This document shows, piece after piece, positions 39,308 through 47,296 of a stretch of 64,000 nucleotides of DNA (position 1 is the stretch's first letter; each line of letters starts with the position of its first letter). The position numbers and the translations under genes were made by a program. Below the pieces are notes generated by a model. The model was not told the DNA's origin. It searched no databases and saw only the letters and a list, made by a program, of their open reading frames with translations. Where the stretch lies: NCBI GenBank assembly GCA_965215195.1, contig CBDCDC010000002.1:2848001-2912000 (forward strand), read 5' to 3'. The stretch is from Candidatus Latescibacterota bacterium (lineage in GTDB: Bacteria; Latescibacterota; UBA2968; UBA8231).

Positions 39308-39391
39308 TACGGCCCGAACTCGCCGCTGCACTTGGCGGCGTGGAATTCGGAGGCCGCGGCGGTGTTGCGCCGCTACGGTGGCCGAAAGTGA
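39308..39391 (+). pseudogene. Ankyrin-repeat gene 3' remnant
   Basis: YGPNSPLHLAAWNSEAAAVLRRYGGRK*; SPLHLAA matches the ankyrin consensus. Confidence 0.5.
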
Positions 39392-39424
39392 AATACCCTG
39401 TTTGTTGAAAGGATCGGAGATACG

Positions 39425-41692
39425 ATGACCGACGAACAACACCCCCTTCACGCCTTGCCCCAAGGCCATCGGCTGCAAGAATACGAACTGGTGCGCGTGT
39501 TGGGCATGGGCGGCTTCGGCATGACCTATCTGGGCTTTGACCACAACTTGGACAAGGCCGTCGCCCTCAAGGAATACCTGCCGTCGGATATTGCCACCCG
39601 CACGGCCGATGGCAGCGTCGCTCCGCAAGCCAGCACCTTTCGCGGCGATTTCCAATGGGGCTTGGAGCGGTTTTTGGACGAAGCACGCACGTTGGCGCGG
39701 TTTGATCATCGCCACATCATTAAAGTGCATCGTTTCTTTGAGGCGCATGGTACGGCGTATATCGTAATGGAGTATGCCGAAGGCGAGACCTTATCGGCGC
39801 ATCTGGAGCGCAAGGGGCCGCTGACGGAAGCCGAACTCAAGACGATTCTGTATCCGCTTCTGGACGGTTTGGAAGTGGTGCATCAAGCGGCTTTTCTGCA
39901 TCGGGACATCAAGCCGGGCAACATTGTCCTGCGGGCTGAGGACGCTTCGCCGGTGTTGCTGGACTTTGGTGCGGCGCGTCAGGCGATAGGAGCCAAGAGT
40001 CGTTCGGTGACGTCTATCGTGACGCCGGGGTATGCGCCGATAGAGCAGTATTCGAGTCGGGGTCGTCAAGGGGCTTGGTCGGATATTTATGCGTTGGGGG
40101 GCGTGTGCTATCGGGCGTTGACTGGGGACGTGCCGGCGGACGCGACGGATCGGATGCGGCATGATCCGCTGGTTCCGGTGTCTGAGCGGTGTGCGGGTCG
40201 GGCGAGTGGTGCATTTTTGTCAGCGATTGATGCGGCATTGGCAGTAGATGAGGGGGATCGTCCGCAGAGTGTGGGGGCGTGGCGGGCGGCGTTGGAAGGG
40301 GCTAGTTCGGCCTCGGCCCCAGCGCGTGGCCAAGCAGAAGGGGAGAGTCGTAGGATACCGGAGCCAGTGGCTCGGGCGGGGCAAGCTGAGGAAGTGGTGG
40401 ATGCTGTGGCGGCAGCAGAGAAGGATGCGGGGGATGAGGCGACAATTGTGGAGCGGGTGGAGCCGGCCGCGCCGCCGTCGGAGCGGCAGCAGAAGCCCAG
40501 CTTCAAGCGGCTTGCCGTAGTCTTGGGCGTGGTTGCTGCTCTGTTGGTTGGGGGCAAACTGTATGTTGATCATGCCGAACAGGTAGCGTTGGAGAAGGAG
40601 CGTCGGGCGGAACAAGCTGCCGAAGCGGCCAGACTTGCGGCTGAGCAAGCCGAGAAGGAGCGTCGGGCGGAACAAGCTGCCGAAGCGGCCAGACTTGCGG
40701 CTGAGCAAGCCGAGAAGGAGCGTCGGGCGGAACAAGCTGCCGAAGCGGCCAGACTTGCGGCTGAGCAAGCCGAGAAGGAGCGTCGGGCGGAACAAGCTGC
40801 CGAAGCGGCCAGACTTGCGGCTGAGCAAGCCGAGAAGGAGCGTCGGGCGGAACAAGCTGCCGAAGCGGCCAGACTTGCGGCTGAGCAAGCCGAACAGCAG
40901 GCGGCGTTAGAGAAACAGCGTCGGGAGCAGGCGGCGTTGGAAGCAGAGCGCAAGGCGGGCCAGGTGGCTTCGCTTCCGGGGGGTGCGGAGATGGCGTTTG
41001 TTTGGATCGCGCCGGGAGTGTTTCAGATGGGTTCGCCTTCCTCGGAGGCGGGTCGTGGTTCAGATGAAGGGCCGGTGCATGAGGTGGAGATCAGTCGGGG
41101 GTTTTGGTTGGGTAAATATGAGGTGACGCAAGCGCAGTGGGCGGCCGTGATGGGGGCGCGGCCGTGGTCTGGGAAGGATTATGTTCAGTCGAATCCATCT
41201 CATCCGGCGGTGTATATTTCTTGGAATGATGTACATGAATTTATTGGTCGTTTGAATGACGCGGCGGGTGAGGAGTTGTATCGGTTGCCGAGTGAAGCGG
41301 AGTGGGAGTATGCGTGTCGAGCGGGTACGCAGACTCGTTGGTCATTTGGGGATGCCGAGCACCAACTGACGCATTATGCATGGTACAGGGATAATGCTTG
41401 GGGTATGGGTGAGAGGTATGCTCATGCGGTAGGGACGAAGCGTGCGAATGGTTGGGGATTGTATGATATGCACGGGAATGTTTGGGAGTGGGTGCAGGAC
41501 TGGTATGGAAAGAAGTATTATAATAGCTCACCTCGGGTTGACCCCCCGGGGCCTACATCCGGCTCTAATCGCGTCCTCCGGGGCGGCGGCTTCTTCAATA
41601 TCGCCCGGCGCGTGCGGTCGGCGCATCGCAGCAACGCCTCGCCCGACCCCCGCCACTACGGCATTGGCGTGCGCCTTTTAAGGATTCGTTAA
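39425..41692 (+). CDS. Hanks-type Ser/Thr kinase - TM - coiled-coil stalk - FGE-sulfatase (C-lectin fold) domain
   Basis: LG.GGFG, VALKEY, HRDIKPGN, DFG, TPGYAPIEQ; hydrophobic helix; MGS..., RLPSEAEWEYACRAG, YDMHGNVWEW, RV.RGG. Confidence 0.93.
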   Translation: MTDEQHPLHALPQGHRLQEYELVRVLGMGGFGMTYLGFDHNLDKAVALKEYLPSDIATRTADGSVAPQASTFRGDFQWGLERFLDEARTLARFDHRHIIKVHRFFEAHGTAYIVMEYAEGETLSAHLERKGPLTEAELKTILYPLLDGLEVVHQAAFLHRDIKPGNIVLRAEDASPVLLDFGAARQAIGAKSRSVTSIVTPGYAPIEQYSSRGRQGAWSDIYALGGVCYRALTGDVPADATDRMRHDPLVPVSERCAGRASGAFLSAIDAALAVDEGDRPQSVGAWRAALEGASSASAPARGQAEGESRRIPEPVARAGQAEEVVDAVAAAEKDAGDEATIVERVEPAAPPSERQQKPSFKRLAVVLGVVAALLVGGKLYVDHAEQVALEKERRAEQAAEAARLAAEQAEKERRAEQAAEAARLAAEQAEKERRAEQAAEAARLAAEQAEKERRAEQAAEAARLAAEQAEKERRAEQAAEAARLAAEQAEQQAALEKQRREQAALEAERKAGQVASLPGGAEMAFVWIAPGVFQMGSPSSEAGRGSDEGPVHEVEISRGFWLGKYEVTQAQWAAVMGARPWSGKDYVQSNPSHPAVYISWNDVHEFIGRLNDAAGEELYRLPSEAEWEYACRAGTQTRWSFGDAEHQLTHYAWYRDNAWGMGERYAHAVGTKRANGWGLYDMHGNVWEWVQDWYGKKYYNSSPRVDPPGPTSGSNRVLRGGGFFNIARRVRSAHRSNASPDPRHYGIGVRLLRIR
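40592..40893 (+). repeat. Perfect 60-bp coding tandem repeat x5 (EKERRAEQAAEAARLAAEQA)
   Basis: Identical consecutive 60-nt lines in the sequence. Confidence 0.97.
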
Positions 41693-41761
41693 CCCTTTAG
41701 TCCTTTTACCCTTTAACCCTTGGCGGGGGTCTTGGGGCGTGTGGGGTGTCTTTTGGGGTAT

Positions 41762-41879
41762 GCCTTTTGGGATTTCGCCCCGATAAAGGGGTGTGCGTAG
41801 CCGCCCTTCGGGGGCGGAATCCCAAAAGGCGGGGGAGGGGCCCCTGTGAGGCCCGCGTGCGGGCCTCACGCGATTTTTA
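41762..41879 (+). other. Hairpin complex downstream of the kinase-FGE gene (terminator and/or DGR-type cis element)
   Basis: ~22-bp imperfect IR 41762-41783/41808-41830; 11-bp IR GTGAGGCCCGC-GT-GCGGGCCTCAC 41846-41869 followed by GCGATTTTTAT. Confidence 0.65.
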
Positions 41880-42008
41880 TCTTCCCCCCTTCCTGAGAGA
41901 AACTGCCACCCGCACGGCCGACGGCAACGTCGCCCCGCAAGCCAGCACATGGGACGCTCCTAAACGGCTGAGGTATGGCCAACCATCAACTCTGAGGAGG
42001 ATATACTT

Positions 42009-42893
42009 ATGCAGAACAGAACCCTTCGGGATCCTAATTCTCGGTTTATCACACCGGCAGGCGGAGTTATAGCACTTCTCTGTTTCTTTATGCCTTGGGT
42101 TAAAATCTCTTGCATGGGTACCACCACACAAGTTTCAGGTTTTGATCTTGCTACCAAGGGCGGAGACCTGATTATAAACCCTTTTGTTGCTTTAATTGCT
42201 GCCGTGGCAACTATTGGGATTAGCGTTTACATGTTGATGCAACAAACACCTTGGAAATCCAAATTGCCAGTTCTTATTAGCAGTGGGATTGGGATCTGTT
42301 GCCTTTGGGTCAGTTTGTTCAAGGATGGTCGTCCTAGTTTTGGAGGACTTGAAGGCACCCTCCAATTTGGAGCGTTTGGAACGATTATCGGATTTATTCT
42401 TTCTATTATCGGTGTATGGGCCACCTCTAAACCCGACGATAGTTCAGGCATCCCCGGTGAAAACCAGTATAGACCAAACCCAAAGGCTGAGTCCCGCTTG
42501 AACGAAACTGAACAAACGGCTGAAGCAGTGCGCCAAACTAAAGCGAATGCTCCGCAACCCACGCCTTTTAGCTGTCTATTGGAAGGCCAAGACCCCACCG
42601 GCCGGTCATTCGCCTTGACCATATCGGCATTGGCATTGAGTGAGCGGGCCGGGGTGACGCTCGGCAGAAGCCCGGCCAACGCCGAATTTGTCATTGACCA
42701 CCAAGAAGTCTCCCGCGAACACGTCCGGCTTGCCTGTGTTGACGGCGAACTCTACGCAGAGGACTTGAACGCCCTGAATGGCACCAAGGTGAATGGCCGC
42801 TTGCTCAATCCCCACGAGCAGGTGCTGTTGCAAAACAATGATCGGCTTGAGGTAGGGCCGATTGTTTTTGCCGTGCGCTTCGTTCAGGTCTAA
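42009..42893 (+). CDS. Multi-TM protein with C-terminal FHA domain
   Basis: About four hydrophobic segments then LGRSP...VSREH...NGT.VNG; GAGGAGG RBS. Confidence 0.85.
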   Translation: MQNRTLRDPNSRFITPAGGVIALLCFFMPWVKISCMGTTTQVSGFDLATKGGDLIINPFVALIAAVATIGISVYMLMQQTPWKSKLPVLISSGIGICCLWVSLFKDGRPSFGGLEGTLQFGAFGTIIGFILSIIGVWATSKPDDSSGIPGENQYRPNPKAESRLNETEQTAEAVRQTKANAPQPTPFSCLLEGQDPTGRSFALTISALALSERAGVTLGRSPANAEFVIDHQEVSREHVRLACVDGELYAEDLNALNGTKVNGRLLNPHEQVLLQNNDRLEVGPIVFAVRFVQV

Positions 42894-42992
42894 ATACACG
42901 ACAGTAACCTAAGTTGTGGTGCAGCCATGATTTAGATTTATTATCAACCTTCTTAGCTGTTGACGGCCAGCCTGAACGTACACGGAGAGGTT

Positions 42993-44618
42993 ATGAACAA
43001 ACAATACCTATCTTTCATCGCGCATTTCGCCGTGGCTTGGTTCCTTTGCACAAGCCCCGTCTCGGCGCAAATAGATGTGGATGCTGTTTCCGAAAGCATC
43101 GTGCGGGTGCGCGCTTATGACGATCACAAAGTCGTGGTTGAAGGGAGCGGTTTCGTCGTCAATGAAGAGGGCTACGTGCTGACGAATGCCCATCTCACAG
43201 CCAAGGCAGAGGGATTGACTGTATTGTCCCTGAAGACCGGGGCCGAGGTCGTGGCGCAGCGGGTGTTTGCCAGCCGCGCCCTGAACTTGGCCCTGCTGCA
43301 CGTACCGGGCTTGAACTTGCCGCCCCTCAGCTTGTCCGAGCAAGGTGCCGCTGTAGGCCGCGTCGTGCAGACGCTGCGGTTTGGCACGGACGAGGATGTT
43401 CGGCTTTCTCACGGGACGATTGGCACCTACCAAGACGTCCGCGGCAAGAAAGCAAGCCGTCCGGTGGCACACTTGCTCCAACACAACGCCTTGATAACGG
43501 CCAAAGCCTTTGGCATGCCCTTGTTCAACGAATGCGGGGACGTCGTCGCCCTCAATCTGCCCAACCCGGGCAGCGGCTCGTGGCCGTTTCGTAAAGCGAA
43601 GCCAAGCGGGACCATTTTTGCCCTGCGCAGCGGCGACATAATAGCGGCGCTTGAAGAGCGAGAAATCGCGCATACCGTGGTTGAAGCAGAATGCCTGAGT
43701 GCGGTTGAGCGCGCTGAACGCGCTAGAAAAGCGGCGGCTGACAGCCTCAAGTTGGCGAAGGCGCAGGCCGACTCGGTAGGCAAAGCCGCAGAAAAGGCCA
43801 AGGCGCAGGCCGATTCGGCGAGCGAAGCCGCAAAAAAGGCCAAGGCGAAAGAAAAGGCCGCTCGGCGGGCGGCAGAACGGGCGCAAGCGCGAGCCGATTC
43901 CGCCAAGAAAGCGGTGGCCGACAGCCTCCAAGCGGCCAAGGCTCAAGCCGACAGCCTCAAGATGGCGCAGGCGCGGGCTGATTCGGCGAGTAAGGCCGTG
44001 GCCGACAGTCTCAAGGCCGCCAAGGCTCAAGCCGACAGCCTCCAAGCGGTGGAAGAGAAGGCCCAAGCCCAAGCCGACAGCCTCCAAGCGGCCAAAGAAA
44101 AGGCCGCGCAGCGATTGCAGTGGGGCGTTGCTGCGGGGGCGGGATTGGTGCTGCTCGCACTGCTCGGTTGGTGGCTTTCCTCGCGGCGCAAAAAGGAGCA
44201 ATTACAGAGTGCCGAGTCTCGAGTGAGCGAAGCCGAGCAAACGGCTCAAGCCGCGCGCCAAGCGGCGGCGAACGCACCGCAACCCGCGCCTTTCAGATGT
44301 CTATTGGAAGGCCAAGACCCCACCGGCCGCCCATTTGCCTTGACCCTATCGGCCTTGGCATTGAGCGAGCGGGCCGGTGTGACGCTCGGCCGAAGCCCGG
44401 CCAATGCCGAATTTATTATTGACCACGAAGAAGTCTCCCGCGAACACGTCCGACTCGCGTGTGCTGACGGCCAACTCTACGCAGAGGACTTGAACGCCCT
44501 GAATGGCACCAAGGTGAATGGCCGCCTGCTCAACCCCGGCGAGCAGGTGCTGTTGCAAAACAATGATCGGCTTGAGATTGGGCCGGTGATTTTTAGCGTA
44601 CGCTTGCTGCAGGAGTGA
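42993..44618 (+). CDS. Trypsin-like (probably inactive) domain - coiled-coil - TM - FHA
   Basis: Signal peptide; GSGF...LTNAH present but NLALL and AFGMPL replace DLA and GNSGGPL; TM; FHA. Confidence 0.85.
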   Translation: MNKQYLSFIAHFAVAWFLCTSPVSAQIDVDAVSESIVRVRAYDDHKVVVEGSGFVVNEEGYVLTNAHLTAKAEGLTVLSLKTGAEVVAQRVFASRALNLALLHVPGLNLPPLSLSEQGAAVGRVVQTLRFGTDEDVRLSHGTIGTYQDVRGKKASRPVAHLLQHNALITAKAFGMPLFNECGDVVALNLPNPGSGSWPFRKAKPSGTIFALRSGDIIAALEEREIAHTVVEAECLSAVERAERARKAAADSLKLAKAQADSVGKAAEKAKAQADSASEAAKKAKAKEKAARRAAERAQARADSAKKAVADSLQAAKAQADSLKMAQARADSASKAVADSLKAAKAQADSLQAVEEKAQAQADSLQAAKEKAAQRLQWGVAAGAGLVLLALLGWWLSSRRKKEQLQSAESRVSEAEQTAQAARQAAANAPQPAPFRCLLEGQDPTGRPFALTLSALALSERAGVTLGRSPANAEFIIDHEEVSREHVRLACADGQLYAEDLNALNGTKVNGRLLNPGEQVLLQNNDRLEIGPVIFSVRLLQE

Positions 44619-44621
44619 ACA

Positions 44622-45944
44622 TTGCACCGCTCCAGACGCTGGGGTCTCGTCTTGTTTCTTGGTGCGCTGCTGCCGGGCCGCGCCGTTGCTGCGCCAGACT
44701 TTGACGCGCTGGAGAAGAGCGTGGTGCGCATCGTAACCCAGACCAGTGCTGGCACTGGATTCGCGATCAACGACCAAGGCTATATTGCGACCAATGTCCA
44801 CGTCATCGCCAATGCCCGCTCAATCCAAGCCATCCCGACAAACTCCAACGCCCTGTACGAGGTGGAAGTAATCGCCACGTCCCCAGAACTCGACCTCGCA
44901 ATCGCCCATATCCCAGATATAACCCTGCCGCCGATCGCGCTGTCGCTCGCCCCCGCCACCAAAGGACAGAAGGTATGGTCCATCGGCTATCCCGGTGGGG
45001 CTGACCGCAACAGGCCGGCGCACGACCCGACCGTGCAAGACGGCGTCATTGGGCGGGTTTTTTTAGGCGCGTGGCATGCACAAGAGCTCAGAATTATTCA
45101 GCACAATGCGCCGACCAACCCAGGCAACAGCGGCGGCCCCTTACTAGATGACTGTAGCCGGGCCGTCGGCGTCAATACGCAGGCGTCGCTCGTGGTCATT
45201 ACCAGTCCATCGAGCGGGGTGACGCGGGTGCCCCATGCGGCGGGCATTTACTGGTCTTCGCACATAGAGGAGTTGGCCAACCTGTTGGACGGCCACGGCA
45301 TTGCCTTTCAAGCGGAGAGTGACGATTGTGTGGCGGCTGGCGGCACGGGAAGCTCTGGCGAGGCCGAGAAGGCGCGGCGCGAGGCGGAAAAGGCGCGGCG
45401 CGAAGCCGAAGAAGCGCGAGAGCAGGCCGAAGAAGCCAGCGATCAATTCCTCGTCTATCTGCTATTGTTGGGTGGTGTGGCCTTGGTCGCATTGGTCGTT
45501 GCCTTGAAGAAGCCGCGCCAGTTCGCCCAGCAGACTTTGGCGAAGCCGCGCCAGCTCGTCCAACAGATGAGTCAGCGCGTGACCAAAAAAGGGGTAGAGG
45601 CCGTTGCAAAAGGCCCAAAGTACGGCCTCGTGCTAGCTGGTTTTGACGGTCGCGGCCACCGCGTTCGCATTGAGTTGTCGCCGGCCCGCTTGGCCGGTCA
45701 ACGCTTGGGGCTTTCGCTCGGCCGGCATCCCGAGCTGGTGGATGAAGTCGTCGCCGATGAAAACGTATCCCGACGGCATCTGCGCATTGCCGCCCAAGGC
45801 AATCGCTTGTACGTCGAAGACTTGAACTCCAGCAATGGGACGTTTTTGAATGAACAGCGCCTGTCGCCCTTTGAGCCGGCGCGATTGGAATATGGTGCCA
45901 AAGTTGCGTTGGGCGATTTGGTGCTCGTGGCGTCCAAACTTTAG
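44622..45944 (+). CDS. Trypsin-like serine protease - coiled-coil - TM - FHA
   Basis: Signal peptide; TNVH, DLA, GNSGGPL intact triad; TM; LGRHP...VSRRH...DLNSSNGT. Confidence 0.9.
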   Translation: MHRSRRWGLVLFLGALLPGRAVAAPDFDALEKSVVRIVTQTSAGTGFAINDQGYIATNVHVIANARSIQAIPTNSNALYEVEVIATSPELDLAIAHIPDITLPPIALSLAPATKGQKVWSIGYPGGADRNRPAHDPTVQDGVIGRVFLGAWHAQELRIIQHNAPTNPGNSGGPLLDDCSRAVGVNTQASLVVITSPSSGVTRVPHAAGIYWSSHIEELANLLDGHGIAFQAESDDCVAAGGTGSSGEAEKARREAEKARREAEEAREQAEEASDQFLVYLLLLGGVALVALVVALKKPRQFAQQTLAKPRQLVQQMSQRVTKKGVEAVAKGPKYGLVLAGFDGRGHRVRIELSPARLAGQRLGLSLGRHPELVDEVVADENVSRRHLRIAAQGNRLYVEDLNSSNGTFLNEQRLSPFEPARLEYGAKVALGDLVLVASKL

Positions 45945-45956
45945 AGGGTATTGGGC

Positions 45957-46910
45957 ATGAAAAAACGCAGCCGCGAGCTCAGCATCTTTAGCATGTCCGC
46001 GCTCGATCTATTCGCATCGGCTCTCGGTGCCTTCATACTCATTACCGTAGTGCTGCTGCCCTTCTTTCCAAATCTGAACATGTCGGGACAAGCGCAGGCT
46101 GAGTTGGAACAGGCGCAGGCCGAGTTGGCGAAGTCGAAGGCCGAGTTGGCGCAAGCGGAGGCCGAGTTGGAGCGAGAGAAAGCCAAGCTAAGACAGGAAA
46201 AAGCCAAACTAGAGCGGGCCAAGGCCAAAGTTCCGAAAACAGAAAATCCACTTGCAAAACGAGTGGAGGCTTTGCAACAGGAGCTGAAGCAGGCAAAGGC
46301 CGAAGCGGCGAAAGCAAAAGGTCAGCTTGCAAAACGGGTGGAGGCTTTGCAACGGGAGATAGACGACACAACCGTTTTATTGGGAATCAAGACGAAGGCG
46401 AAGAAGTTTGTATTCGTCATAGATATGTCGGGCAGTATTTATCAACCGGCACAGCAAGATTATCGCCCGTTCATAACATTGTCCATACGAGACATGCTCG
46501 CTGCTTTTAAGTCGGAAATAGAGGTCTGTCTCATTGGTTTTCAAGGCTCAAATCGGCTGCACTATTGGCCTCAAAATAGAGGGTACTTTCAAGTGAAAAG
46601 GAATACGCGAGATCGCGTTGTCGGACAGGTAAAAGACTGGATGAGATTGGTGGATGGCGGCACACCCACGCGCACTGCTTTGCTGGCGGCGATTGCACTG
46701 CACCCCGAAGAAATCATCCTGTTGAGCGATGGGGCACCCTCAGAGGATTGGCGCATGGTCGTGCGGACTGTAACGGCTAAAAATAGGCGGAAAATACCCA
46801 TACACGCCGTAGCCGTTGGCAATTACGTGACAGACCGGAAATTTATTGATTTTCTGGTGCAGCTAACCGAACAAAATAACGGCTATGTCGTAGGAGCCAA
46901 ACCGGGTTGA
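45957..46910 (+). CDS. TM-anchored coiled-coil vWA domain protein
   Basis: N-terminal TM SALDLFASALGAFILITVVL; coiled coil; MIDAS DMSGS, GGTPT, LSDGAP; IHAVAVG. Confidence 0.85.
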   Translation: MKKRSRELSIFSMSALDLFASALGAFILITVVLLPFFPNLNMSGQAQAELEQAQAELAKSKAELAQAEAELEREKAKLRQEKAKLERAKAKVPKTENPLAKRVEALQQELKQAKAEAAKAKGQLAKRVEALQREIDDTTVLLGIKTKAKKFVFVIDMSGSIYQPAQQDYRPFITLSIRDMLAAFKSEIEVCLIGFQGSNRLHYWPQNRGYFQVKRNTRDRVVGQVKDWMRLVDGGTPTRTALLAAIALHPEEIILLSDGAPSEDWRMVVRTVTAKNRRKIPIHAVAVGNYVTDRKFIDFLVQLTEQNNGYVVGAKPG

Positions 46911-46911
46911 C

Positions 46912-47295
46912 ATGAACAAATCGACGTTTTCGGTGTATCGAATTGGGCGCAGCCCCGGGGTGGACATTCGGATTGACGATGATTCGGTCTCGCGCGTCCA
47001 CGCCGAGCTAATTGCGACCCAAAGCGGCTCTTACTACCTCACGGATTGCGCCAGCAGCGGGGGTACTTATGTGGCGCGAAATGGTGAGTGGAGACGCATT
47101 CGGCAGGAATTTATAAGCCCGACCGACGCGATTTTACTCGGGCATTACCAGACGACCGCACCCGCACTTATCGCGCTGGCCGCGCAAAAGGAGCGCCGTT
47201 CAGGAGGCGGCAAACCCACGCGGGAGGACAGCTTGCCCGTAGGTCCCGTGCGGCGCAATGTAGATACGGGTGAGATCATGGGCGAGGAGGATTGA
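46912..47295 (+). CDS. Stand-alone FHA domain protein
   Basis: IGRSP..DI.I.DDSVSRVHAEL...D.AS.GGT. Confidence 0.88.
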   Translation: MNKSTFSVYRIGRSPGVDIRIDDDSVSRVHAELIATQSGSYYLTDCASSGGTYVARNGEWRRIRQEFISPTDAILLGHYQTTAPALIALAAQKERRSGGGKPTREDSLPVGPVRRNVDTGEIMGEED

Positions 47296-47296
47296 C

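Noticed and set aside
40592-40893. CRISPR array
   Set aside because: Repeats are contiguous, lack spacers and are in frame within a CDS; no cas genes
41545-42008. Complete DGR cassette
   Set aside because: No reverse transcriptase, Avd or adenine-rich template repeat seen in the window; only target-like features
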